A model generated the notes under the pieces. The model made no database searches, was not told where the DNA came from, and saw nothing but the letters and a program-made list of their open reading frames with translations. Shown here one piece after another: positions 1 to 12,295 of a stretch of 64,000 nt of DNA. The translations under genes were made by a program, and so were the position numbers. The stretch comes from Macrostomum lignano (lineage: Eukaryota). The DNA is taken from positions 97,992 to 161,991 of the forward strand of contig NIVC01002144.1 of assembly GCA_002269645.1 (NCBI GenBank), written 5' to 3'. Positions within the stretch are counted from its first letter, which is position 1. Every line of letters starts with the position of its first letter.

Positions 1-300
1 AATCCCACAATGGACAGTTTCTTAGAATACCACAATGGACAGTTTCTTAAAATCCCACAATGGACAGTTTCTTAGAATTCCAGAATGGACAGTTTCTTAG
101 AATCCCAGAATGGACAGTTTCTTAGAATTCCAGAATGGACAGTTTCTTAGAATTCCAGAATGGACAGTTTCTTAGAATTCCAGAATGGACAGTTTCTTAG
201 AAACCCAAAATGGACAGTTTCTTAGAATTCCAGAATGGACAGTTTCTTAGAACTCCAGAATGGACAGTTTCTTAGAATTCCACAATGCGCAACTTCTTAG
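1..300. repeat. 25-bp minisatellite (AATGGACAGTTTCTTAGAATTCCAG), runs off the window start
   Basis: About 12 tandem copies, decaying just upstream of the ALDH start codon. Confidence 0.95.
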
Positions 301-348
301 AATCCCGATTTGTCATTTTCTTCGAACTCGAACAACTCATGCGCTGCC

Positions 349-2257
349 ATGACTCAGTCCGCGTCCAACATTGTCGCCTCGTTGCGCTCAACTTTCGCCA
401 CCGGTCGCACCCGATCGCTGGACTGGCGCCGCAGCCAGCTCAAGGCCCTGCACAACATGCTCAGCGAGCAGGAGGCCCGATTCCTTGAAGCTCTGTGGCG
501 CGACCTGCGAAAGAGCAAGCAGGAGACCGCCGCGACAGAGCTGCTCATGGTCAAAGGCGAGATCGCCAAGCTGTCCAAGGAGCTGACGCATCTGGCCGCT
601 CCTACTAAACCGCCGAAGACGTTCATCAGCCGGATGGACGGCCTGGCCATTCAACCGCAGCCGCTGGGAGTCGCCCTGATCATCGGTGCCTGGAACTACC
701 CGATCCAGCTGGTCCTGCTGCCACTGGCCGGAGCCATCGCCGCTGGCAACTGCGCCGTGGTGAAGCCGTCAGAGATTGCCGAAGCCTCGGCTGCTCTGCT
801 AGCCGAGCTGCTGCCAAAATATCTCGACCAGGACTGCGTCCGTGTGGTGTGCGGCGGCGTCGAGGAGACCCAGCAGCTGCTTGAGCAGCGATTCGACACC
901 ATCTTCTACACTGGCAGCTCCCGGGTTGCCCGCATTGTGATGGCCGCAGCCAGCAAGCATCTGACTCCGGTCACCCTCGAGCTGGGCGGCAAGTCGCCCG
1001 TCTACGTGTCTCACGGTATCGATTTGGAACTGGTGAGTCAGCACCTGACCCATCCCTGACCTGACCCATCCCTGACCTGACCCATCCCTGACCTGACCCA
1101 TCCCTGACCTGACCCATCCCTGACCTGACCCATCCCTGACTTGACCCACCTGACCCATCCCTGACTTGACCCAACTGACCCATGACTTAACCCACCTGAC
1201 CCATCACTGACCCAACCCTAACCCCAAACGTGACCCTACCCTGACTCAACCCTGACCCAGCACTGACCCAACTCTGCTCCTGTCCTGACTCAGCCCTGAC
1301 CCAGCCACGACCCAACCCTGACCCAACTCTGAACCAACCCTGACCCAAATCTGACCCTACCCTGACTCAACCCTGACCCAGCCCTGACGCAACCTTGACC
1401 CAGCTCTGACCCAGCCCCGTGACTAAACCCAGACCCGACTCTGACCCAGCTCTGATTCAATTCGGACACAAGCCCGTGCCCACCACCGCCCGCAGGTGTC
1501 GCGCCGGCTGGCCTGGGGCAAGTTCATGAACGCCGGGCAGACGTGTATCGCCCCGGACTACGTGCTGTGCCCGCCCGACCTGATGCAGCCGCTGGCCGAC
1601 GCCCTGGCCGCCAGGGTTATCGAATTCTTCGGCGAAAATCCGCGGGACAGCCCAGACTATGGCCGGATCGTGTCCGACCGGATGTTCGACCGACTGTCCG
1701 GCCTGCTGTCCGAGACCAAAGCCAAGCGAGTCGTCGGCGGCGACCCGGACAAAGCCGAGCGGTTCATCCCGCCCACCGTCTTCGTGGACGTGAAGCCGGA
1801 CGACGCCCTGATGCGCGAGGAGCTGTTCGGCCCCATCCTGCCCATCCTGCCGGTCCGCGGCGGCGTCGACGAAGCCATCGAGCTGATCAACGCCGGGGAG
1901 AAGCCGCTGGCTCTCTACGCCTTCACCAACGATGCCAGCGTTCGCCGACGCTTCGAAGATTCAACCAGCAGCGGCGCCCTGGTGTTTAACGACGTCGTCA
2001 TTCATGCCGGCATCGACACGCTGCCGTTTGGCGGCGTCGGCGAGTCCGGCATGGGCTGCTACCACGGCGTGTACACCTTCCAGGCGTTCTCGCATCGTCG
2101 CTCGGTGCTGTACAAGAACGCCAGCGCGATCTCCGAGGCTGTCAACTCTCGCTTCCGCTATCCGCCGTACAACGAATCTAAACTGGGCTGGATCAGCTGG
2201 GCTCTGAGCAGCAGCGTTAGCGACAAGGGCGGCTGGAATTCCTGCCAGCTGCTTTGA
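349..2257 (+). CDS. ALDH3: Class 3 (fatty) aldehyde dehydrogenase, ALDH3B-like, 2 exons, about 481 aa
   Basis: Exons 349-1032 (donor GTGAGT) and 1496-2257 (acceptor CCGCAG), phase 0. Motifs: IIGAWNYP, KPSE, FYTGS, LELGGKSP (catalytic Glu), FMNAGQTCIAPDY (catalytic Cys), EELFGP, PFGGVGESGMG. Ends in CQLL (CaaX). Confidence 0.95.
1040..1460. repeat. Intronic minisatellite (CCTGACCTGACCCATC and degenerate CTGACCC units)
   Basis: Fills most of ALDH3 intron 1. Confidence 0.9.
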
Positions 2258-2371
2258 AGGGCTGGAACTCCTGCCAGCTGCTTTGAAGGGCTTTAACTGT
2301 CTTCTGCGGACTTGAGACCGGGGAGTGAACTTGATTCTTTTAAATATTTTCGTTCCATCCAAAATTCTTGA

Positions 2372-2800
2372 CTCGATTTGACCCCTGTCCTGATTTGACC
2401 CCTGTCCTGATTTGACCCCTTGACCTGATTTAACCCCTGTCCTGATTTGAACCCTTGACCTGATTTGACCCCTGTTCTGATTTGACCCCTGACCTGACTT
2501 AACACCTGCCCTGATTTGACCCCTGACCTGATTTGACCCCTGTTCTGATTTGACCCCTGACCTGACTTAACACCTGCCCTGATTTGACCCCTGACCTGAT
2601 TTGACCCCTGTCCTGATTTGACCCCTTGACCTGATTTGACCCCTTGACCTGATTTGACTCCTTGACCTGATTTGACCCCCGTCCTGATTTAACCCCTGAC
2701 CTGATTTGACCCCTGTCCTGAGTTGACACCTGTCCTGATTTGACCCCTGTCCTGAGTTGACACCTGTCCTGATTTGACCCCTGTCCTGATTTGTCCCCTG
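2372..2800. repeat. Minisatellite of CCTGATTTGACCCCT(GT) units downstream of ALDH3
   Basis: Mixed 12-18 bp units; source of spurious ORFs 2293-2729. Confidence 0.9.
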
Positions 2801-3534
2801 ACTTAATTTCTCGATCCTAATTTAACTTTTGATTTTTGTGTAACCCTTGACCTTACATGACCCTTAATCTAGACTTTAATGACCACTTGACCTTATTTGA
2901 CATTTACTTGTCGTCCTTCACCCCGACCTTTGTTAATCATTGATCTTTGTTGTCAGCGTAAGTTTATGTTTACATTTTCACAAATTTTCTTTTAGTTTTT
3001 TATATTTGGTTTAAAATTTAAAAAATTATTGACTGACCGTTGACCCCAGTTGACCCCGCTGTTGTCTTAAGATTCTGTCTTTTCACTTAACGACGCTCGT
3101 ATTACGCAACTTATAGTTGATCTGATTAAAGTCTGAGGATTTGTATTGCTTGATTAAATTGACCCTTTAAACACCTTTATGGTCAGTTATAGTTTTCGCA
3201 ATAATTCTTATCAAATTGCTGTCTGTTGTCAAACTCGTATCTATTTTCTAAATAGATGTTTATTCCGAATACATTAGCTAACTAGAAAATTGTTATTGTA
3301 GTGTTGTTCTCGTAATCGCGATATAATTAATCTTATAATTGGTTAAACAAAGCGTTATTTTTATTGTTGTCGATCGCTACTATTGATTGATTGATAGCTT
3401 TGTGAGCACTGTCTGTAGTGTGTCCGTTCTCAATATACAAATCCCTGTGTTATGATTATTAATTTTTTTAATAACTTCACATTTTCTGCCTTTTTCTGCA
3501 TTTTGGCTCAGTTATTTTACTGTTTAAGGGCAAA

Positions 3535-3948
3535 TGTCTACTACAGACTGGATTGGGTAGAGTATAGGACTGTCTACTACAGACTGGATTGGGTAGAGTA
3601 TAGGACTGTCTACTACAGGCTGCATTGAGTAGAGTTTAGGACTGTCTACTACAGGCTGCATTGGATAGGGTATAGGACTGTCTACTACAGGCTGCATTGG
3701 GTAGAGTATAGGACTGTCTACTACAGGCTGCATTGGGTAGAGTATAGACTGTCTACTACAGGCTGCATTGGGTAGAGTATAGGACTGTCTACTACAGGCT
3801 GCATTGGGTAGAGTATAGGACTGTCTACTACAGGCTGCATTGGGTAGAGTATAGGACTGTCTACTACAGGCTGCATTGGATAGAGTATAGGACTGTCTAC
3901 TACAGACTGCATTGGGTAGAGTATAGGACTGTCTACTGCAGACTGCAT
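3535..3948. repeat. 36-bp minisatellite (GACTGTCTACTACAGGCTGCATTGGGTAGAGTATAG)
   Basis: About 11 tandem copies; source of the MQPVVDSPILYP ORFs. Confidence 0.95.
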
Positions 3949-5443
3949 CTAGTTGAATTTAAAACGGTCAAGTGCTGATTGGACTGGGGCTGTCCACTAC
4001 TATAGACACTGTACAAACGTATTGGAAAAAGTTTTAATTCTTCTACTACTGTCGGTGCAGATGAAGGTGGCAGAGCTAAAGCTTAATCAGATACATGTAT
4101 TAAAATGAGATTTTCGCTGGATTTCCAACGTTACATAATTAAACTTTCATGCGAATCACGTTAAGCCTCTGTATTATTTAGTCACAGTCCGGCTATTTTT
4201 ATGTTTACGGCCTTTTATTATCCAGTAAGGAAACATTTTCACTTGATTTGTTAGAGATGCACATGCACAATGTTTACATACGCGTATGCAAGTGATGTGT
4301 ATTCTGTGTTCTCACAAGATGAGATGGCAGTCTAACGTGTGTAATTAATACATCTGTAATTTTGGTACTTTAATGTGCAATAACATATGTAGTTCTAGCT
4401 ATTTTGCTGGGGAGATAATTACCAGGAAGTTTTATTATTCTAGCTGTGATGTTTATAAATTTCTATATGATGATGACCGGAAATTACTGTACAGCAATTG
4501 TGATCGATTGACGGATTCGCTAAGTCATTTCTGTTGACACAGCACATGCAGTAAAGCTCTTTCGAATCCTACGTAAATATTGGGTCCTGCATTTATAATA
4601 TAAGGTGCAATTTATTTCAGCTAAGCAATTAAGCCGAGCAGTTGACTGAAAAGCGGAAACATTTTCTCGCCTATGTGGAGTGAGTGCTGCATTATTTAAA
4701 TGGCTATTCGCATAATTATAGCCCTTTTAACGACTGCATGAACTGAGTTCAAAGGAACAATTACGATCCTACATATACACTGTAAATGATGTATGCATAC
4801 GTGTAGTACGATTGTCATATCGTTTTTAATTTGAAAAATTCTCTCTCCGTGAAAGTCAACTGCCTTTTTCTATCGTAAAATTTGTTTTCATACGTACCTT
4901 GATAAAAAACCAATTGCTTGAAAAAATGTATGCGCATCATTGTACAATGTAAAATATATAATAAAACAAAGTGCTAGCTGGTCATGAGCATGTAATAACA
5001 CAGTCTATCCCCATTTTAGCAATGAGCTGTTCAGCTAAACATACAACGGCTTAACCAAAAATGTCGCATTAGTTTTTACGCTATTTTTTGCTGAATATCT
5101 CACTTCTAAATAGATTATCGATAAATTTTATTAACACCGTATTTCCTAATTCTGTGTTTGTCTATTACTTAAAATACCCGCTGGCAAATATCTCTTATTA
5201 ACGTTTACGGCAAATTCAAATTAAAGTTTCTAATATTTTATAATTTTAGTATTCCTGAGCTAAAATAAAAAAGCTTCTTTGTTTTACCTCACTAAGTCGT
5301 TTTAAGTACATTACCAACCAGTTTTTTAAAATGGGGTATTTAATTGGATTTCAAACGATGAATCGTTTTTTAAAGATAAAACGACAATTTAAACTTGACT
5401 TTGTACATTTATACAAGTTTAGTAATTGAATTGAAGAACACAA

Positions 5444-7036
5444 ATGAGCTCTAGCGCTGTTGAAACCTCTATAAATGTAAGTTTTGGTTTCTAAAAATAT
5501 CTATGCTGTAGCATTTTTAGTCAAAAGATTGAAATACAACATGAAAAAGGACTAATTGAGAGAAACCTAAATAAATACTAAAATATCTAATTAACCCTTA
5601 GCCTTCGATTTTTGAGCAAAAATTTAGATTTGCTCCTAGACATTTCTATAAAACTCGTGAGGTTTTTATGCATATACTGAGTCAAGACCAAGTGCTTATG
5701 GCCCTATAGTTTTTACTTGAAACTTTAGATATATGTAATATATTATAGCTCGTATATTTTTGTATATATATATATAGGTCGTATATCGAAAGAAGTTAGC
5801 TCGTATATTTTTATTAGCTCGTAGAAAATTAAGACTATTAAAATAATAGTCTCTATTTTAAGGACTTAAATTATTAGGGTAATTTTTTTCTAGACAAAAG
5901 ACGATAGGATTACAGGCGATATGAATACACACAACATAAAACTTAAATGTCTAAACCTGCTTAACCAAATATTTTAATCTTGCTGGTCAAAACTTACACT
6001 TTTACTTGTAATAATAATGTCTATTCGACAGTACTTTGCTTAATCTTATTAATATGAGAATATTGATGAAGAAATTATGAAAACAGATATATATTAACTA
6101 TAAGAAGTAATAATTCCGATTTAACCTCTTATTCCCACGTCTCCTTAAAAACAGCGGGACTTGTTCAACCCGACTGAAGCGCAGGTGACCCGCTCAAATC
6201 TGGTCTACGCGATCAACGTTTTCGACGTCCTGCCCCTGCCCGCCCTACTCATAATAGTATTCATAGTTTACGCCGCCGTGCTAATCCTGTTCCGCTACGT
6301 GGCCTACCGGGTGGTGAGCGGCGCTGGGCAGCCGTCGACGGAGCCGCGCGGCGCCGGCATCTGCAACTCCTTCTGCCTGTGCTGCGTCAACTGCAGCAAC
6401 AGCTGCGGCGCCTGCGACAACCGCGGCACCCTGGGCGGCTGCGCCAACGGCGTCTGCCCGCACAGACGCAGCGGGGTGCTGTTCTCCGATGTGCTGCTGT
6501 GCCACCAGTGCGAGGTGAGCAGGGGGGTTCGAACTTCGGCTGACTTGATGGTGCTGGTGGGAATAGCCAGCTGTTAGAGCCAGTTGTCTGACTCTATCAG
6601 CTGTTAGATATTCTGTGCCTGACTCTGTCAGCTGTTAGATATTCTGTGCCTGACTCTATAAGATGTTAGATATTCTGTGCCTGACTCTATAAGATGTTAG
6701 ATATTCTGTGCCTGACTCTGTCAGCTGTTAGATATTCTGTGCCTGACTCAATCAGATGTTAGATATTCTGTGCCTGACTCTATCAGATGTTAGATATTCC
6801 GTAAGGTGCTAGTTTACCACCTTTTAAATATTGGTAAATCAGCTGTCATAGAGTTCAATGGTTAGATACGTATACCGGAAATCAAGCGTTTCCCTCCCAC
6901 ATCCTCGATAATCCCACAGCGTAAAACGGTGAATTGTTGTCAAGCCGACTGCGACGACTGCTTCTGCTTCTGCTTTGAATGCCGCTTCCGGAAAAATGGC
7001 GGCACTGCGCTGCTTGGCTCCGCTGCTGAAGAATAA
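5444..7036 (+). CDS. Uncharacterised single-pass membrane protein with a Cys-rich C-terminus, 3 exons, about 169 aa
   Basis: Exons 5444-5476 (ATG...AAT|GTAAGT), 6155-6514 (ACAG|CGG...GAG|GTGAGC) and 6920-7036 (CACAG|CGT...TAA), all phase 0. TM segment LPLPALLIIVFIVYAAVLILF, then 18 Cys. Exons 2-3 are GC-rich against AT-rich flanks. Confidence 0.75.
6590..6800. repeat. 31-bp intronic minisatellite (CTGTTAGATATTCTGTGCCTGACTCTGTCAG)
   Basis: About 6.5 copies in intron 2 of the Cys-rich gene; shares CTGTTAGATAT with the 20-bp satellite family. Confidence 0.9.
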
Positions 7037-7708
7037 CCGGAAGTGGACTTTAATGAGTAGAAATGGAATCATGGCAACCCGAAGTGGACTGTAATGACTA
7101 GAAATGGGCTCATGACAACCAGAAGTGGACTGTAATTACTAGAAATGGGCTCATGACAACCGGGAGTGGACTGTAATGACTAGAATTGGGGTCATAGCAA
7201 CCGGAAGTGGACTGTAATGACTAGAAATTGACTCATAGCAACCGGAAGTGGACCATAATGACTAGAAATTGACTCATAGCAACCGGAAGTGGACTGTGAT
7301 GACTAGAAATTGACTCATAGCAACCGGAAGTGGACCATAATGACTATTAATTGACTCATAGCAACCGGAAGTGGACCATAATGACTAGAAATTGACTCAT
7401 AGCAACCGGAAGTGGACCATAATAACTAGAAATTGACTCATAGCAACCGGAAGTGGACCATAATGACTAGAAATTGACTCATAGCAACCGGAAGTGGACT
7501 GTAATGACTAGAAATTGACTCATAGCAACCGGAAGTGGACCCTAATGACTATTAATTGACTCATAGCAACCGGAAGTGGACCATAATGACTAGAAATTGA
7601 CTCATAGCAACCGGAAGTGGACCATAATGACTATTAATTGACTCATAGCAACCGGAAGTGGACCATAATGACTAGAAATTGACTCATAGCAACCGGAAGT
7701 GGACTATA
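7036..7708. repeat. 41-bp minisatellite (ACCGGAAGTGGACCATAATGACTAGAAATTGACTCATAGCA)
   Basis: About 16 copies, starting at the stop codon of the Cys-rich gene. Confidence 0.95.
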
Positions 7709-8256
7709 TTGAAATTACAATAAATTTGACGAATTTATCGAAGAATATGGATCAAAAAAAGATTTATTTAGCTGCGACAAGAAACAGACTGAACTAAATA
7801 CTTTTACCATCATAGCAATTGTTGTTTTCATTAATTTGAAAACGTTCCTGTAACATTTACATGTATATTTCAAACAACATCGAATAGCTTTTTTATTTTA
7901 TCTGTTTATGCTCATATAGGATCAGACAATTGATCATCTCCAAGCGACCTGAATCCACTTCCATCTACAAATCCTCTTTGAAACATTCCTTTTTTGCATC
8001 CGAATTTAAACGGTAACTTTTATCGTCTTTTATGACTACTGAAAGTAGAGCGTGCTCCTCCTGATAACGTTTTTATTTATTGAATGCTTCCTGGAAAGAA
8101 GTTAAATAAACAAAGTTGCAGCGCGTTGGCCCAATATTTTAATTTTGACTGCTGCTGTATTGCCGCAAGTTTGTATTTTTTCAAGGCAAAATATTGTGTG
8201 ACTTCTATGCTGTATATGTGCCTCATGAAGAGACACTAAAAAGCCTTTTTTAGACA

Positions 8257-11222
8257 GGTGTGTCACCTGTTAGATATGGGGTGTCACCTGTTAGATATGG
8301 GTGTCATCTGTTAGATATGGGTGTCACCTGTTAGATATGGGTGTCACCTGTTAGATATGGGTGTCACCTGTTAGATATGGGTGTCACCTGTTAGATATGG
8401 GTGTCACCTGTTAGATATGGGTGTCACCTGTTAGATATGGGTGTCACCTGTTAGATATGGGTGCCGCCTGTTAGATATGGGTGTCACCTGTTACATTTGC
8501 GTGCCGCCTGTTAGATATGGGTGTCCTGTTAGATATGGGCGTCACCTGTTAGATATGGGTGGCACCTGTTAGATATGCGTTCCGCCTGTTAGATATGAGT
8601 GTCACCTGTTAGATATGGGTGTCACCTGTTAGATATGGGTGTCACCTGTTAGATATGGGTGTCACCTGTTAGATATGGGTGTCACCTGTTAGATATGGGT
8701 GTCACCTGTTAGATATGGGTGTCACCAGTTAGATATGGGTGCCGCCTGTTAGATATGGGTGTCACCTGTTAGATATGGGTGTCACCTGTTAGATATGGGT
8801 GTCACCTGTTAGATATGGGTATCACCTGTTAGATATGGGTGTCACCTGTTAGATATGGGTGTCACCTGTTAGATATGGGTGTCACCTGTTAGATATGGGT
8901 GTCACCTGTTAGATATGGGTGTCACCTGTTAGATATGGGTGTCACCTGTTAGACAGAAGTGTCACCTGTTAGATATGGGGTGTCACTAGACATGGGTGTC
9001 ACCTGTTAGATATGGGTGTCACCTGTTAGATATGGGTGTCACCTGTTAGATATGGGTGTCACCTGTTAGATATGGGTGTCACCTGTTTGATATAGGTCTC
9101 AACTGTTAGATATGGGTGTCACCTGTTAGATATGGGCGCCACCTGTTAGATATGGTTGTCACCTGTTAGATATGGGGTGTCACTAGACATGGGTGTCACC
9201 TGTTAGATATGGGTGTCACCTGTTAGATATGGGGTGTCACTAGATATGGGTGTCACCTGTTAGATATGGGTGTCACCTGTTAGATATGGGTGTCACCTGT
9301 TAGATATGGGTGTCACCTGTTAGACATGGGTGTCACCTGTTAGATATGGGTGTCACCTGTTAGATATGGGTGTCACCTGTTAGATATGGGTGTCACCTGT
9401 TAGATATGGGTGTCACCTGTTAGATATGGGTGCCACCTGTTAGATGTGGGTGTCACCTGTTTGATATGTCACCTGTTTGATATAGGTCTCAACTGTTAGA
9501 TATGGGTGCCACCTGTTAGATATGGTTGCCATCTGTTAGATATGCGTTCCGCTTGTTAGATATGGGTGTCACCTGTTAGATATGGGTGTCACCTGTTTGA
9601 TATAGGTCTCAACTGTTAGATATGGGTGTCACCTGTTAGATATGGGTGTCACCTGTTAGATATGCGTTCCGCCTGTTAGAATTGGGTGTCACCTGTTAGA
9701 TATGGGTGCCGCCTGTTAGATATGGGTGTCACCTATTAGATATGGGTGTCACCAGTTAGATATGGGTGCCGCCTGTTAGATATGGGTGTCACCTGTTAGA
9801 TATGGGTGTCACCTGTTAGATATGGGTGTCACCTGTTAGATATGGGTGTCACCTGTTAGATATGGGTGTCACCTGTTAGATATGGGTGTCACCTGTTAGA
9901 TATGGGTGTCACCTGTTAGATATGGGTGTCACCTGTTAGATATGGGTGTCACCTGTTAGATATGGGTGTCACCTGTTAGATATTGGTGTCACCTGTTAGA
10001 TATGGGTGTCACTAGACATGGGTGTCACCTGTTAGATATGGGTGTCACCTGTTAGATATGGGGTGTCACTAGATATGGGTGTCACCTGTTAGATATGGGT
10101 GTCACCTGTTAGATATGGGTGTCACTAGATATGGGTGTCACCTGTTAGATATGGGTGTCACCTGTTAGATATGGATGTCACCTGTTAGATATGGGTGTCA
10201 CCTGTTAGATATGGGGTGTCACTAGATATGGGTGTCACCTGTTAGATATGGGTGTCACCTGTTAGATATGGGTGTCACCTGTTAGATATGGGTGTCACCT
10301 GTTTGATATAGGTCTCAACTGTTAGTTATGGGTGTCACCTGTTAGATATGGGCGCCACCTGTTAGATATTGTTGTCACCTGTTAGATATGGGGTGTCACT
10401 AGACATGGGTGTCACCTGTTAGATATGGGTGTCACCTGTTAGATATGGGGTGTCACTAGATATGGGTGTCACCTGTTAGATATGGGTGTCACCTGTTAGA
10501 TATGGGTGTCACCTGTTAGATATGGGTGTCACCTGTTAGGCATGGGTGTCACCTGTTAGATATGGGTGTCACCTGTTAGATATGGGTGTCACCTGTTAGA
10601 TATGGGTGTCACCTGTTAGATATGGGTGTCACCTGTTAGATATGGGTGCCACCTGTTAGATGTGGGTGTCACCTGTTTGATATAGGTCTCAACTGTTAGA
10701 TATGGGTGCCACCTGTTAGATATGGTTGCCATCTGTTAGATATGCGTTCCGCTTGTTAGATATGGGTGTCACCTGTTAGATATGGGTGTCACCTGTTTGA
10801 TATAGGTCTCAACTGTTAGATATGGGTGTCACCTGTTAGATATGGGTGTCACCTGTTAGATATGCGTTCCGCCTGTTAGAATTGGGTGTCACCTGTTAGA
10901 TATGGGTGCCGCCTGTTAGATATGGGTGTCACCTATTAGATATGGGTGTCATCTGTTAGATATGCGTTTCGCCTGTTAGATATGAGTGTCACCTGTTAGA
11001 TATGGGTGTCACCTGTTAGATATGGGTGTCACCTGTTTGATATAGGTCTCAACTGTTAGATATGGGTGCCACCTGTTAGATATGGTTGTCACCTGTTAGA
11101 TATGGGTGTCACTTGTTAGATATGGGTGTCACCTGTTAGATATGGGTGTCACCTGTTAGATATGGGTGTCACCTGTTAGACAGAAGTGTCACCTGTTAGA
11201 TAGGAGTGTCACCTGTTTACTG
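8257..11222 (+). repeat. 20-bp satellite array (GGGTGTCACCTGTTAGATAT), about 3 kb
   Basis: About 145 copies; same family at 34332-35240 (+) and 37890-38670 (-). Confidence 0.97.
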
Positions 11223-11431
11223 TTAGACAGCCTAAAAGTATGTTGACTAAATACATGTACATAAAAATTGAACCAAATACAGCCTAGAGTTGGTATATTA
11301 AGTTTCAGGCACGTCAATTTGAAATAATTTAAACATTTCGGATGCTGAAGCTCGGATTAACGCGGATTATTTTTATCTTATTAAATAATAGTTGTTTGAA
11401 CTGAATTCTGCTTTGCTGATGAATATCCTTT

Positions 11432-12031
11432 TCATTTCTTGAAGTTCCATCTCTTAAAGCAATAAACAGTTTGCATAGGAAAAGCTAGCAAATCTTGGAA
11501 AAGCACTAATCTTCTGATTTTACAAGTCTTTGGCTTTTCATTTCCGGTCCCAATATTGCTAAGCGCATCAATTGCGCTTACTGGCGTGTACGAGCTTACA
11601 GCAGGCTGTACATGTACAGGCCAGTGCACCAGGCTGTTCAGTGAAGCTCTCGTTAGACATGGAGCTCTAGATGCTGCTGAATCTGGAATAGAAACCCTCT
11701 TTAGACATGGAGCTCTAGATGCTGCTGAATCTGGAATAGAAACCCTCTTTAGACAAGGAGCTCTAGATGCTGCTGAATCTGGAATAGAAACCCTCTTTAG
11801 ACATGGAGCTCTAGATGCTGCTGAATCTGGAATAGAAACCCTCTTTAGACATGGAGCTCTAGATGCTGCTGAATCTGGAATAGAAACCCTCTTTAGACAT
11901 GGAGCTCTAGATGCTGCTGAATCTGGAATAGAAACCCTCTTTAGACAAGGAGCTCTAGATGCTCACTCTGGACTGGAATAGAAACCATCGCTTCGTTGAG
12001 TATGGAGTTCAATTGTCGTTGATTGTTGAAT
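11432..12031 (-). CDS. Tentative minus-strand gene fragment (65-nt exon plus terminal exon), product unknown
   Basis: Exon 12031-11967 (TTTCCTTTCCAG|A...CAGA|GTGAGC) is phase-compatible with TTCCAG|AT acceptors in the 48-bp repeat, and the frame stays open to TGA at 11432. No recognisable homology. Confidence 0.35.
11654..11975. repeat. 48-bp minisatellite, about 6.5 copies
   Basis: Unit AGACATGGAGCTCTAGATGCTGCTGAATCTGGAATAGAAACCCTCTTT. Confidence 0.95.
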
Positions 12032-12295
12032 CTGGAAAGGAAATTGTATACACTGCACCAGCCTTCTCCTGGTAGCTTCAGTATTTCAATAAACTTTCAC
12101 GGTAGCCTACGGGTATATTGAAGGAGGATTGAGAGAGAGGTTTACGAAGCTCGTACAAGGCTTGTGCAAATCCAGATAAACACGTTTATCAGTTTTATCA
12201 GATCCAAATAGTTTTATAAACTTGGCGCCATCAACCTGCCCTCTGTCTCTCTGGTGAATTGCTGAAGTTCCAATATTACTCAGCTCGCAACGGTC

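Noticed and set aside
6155-6514. Idea that the Cys-rich gene gets its start codon from a spliced-leader AUG
   Set aside because: A phase-0 cis exon with ATG and a perfect GTAAGT donor exists at 5444-5476.
8257-11222. CRISPR-like appearance of regular arrays (also 7036-7708 and 60662-61585)
   Set aside because: Units are head-to-tail with no unique spacers, there are no cas genes, and the context is eukaryotic.
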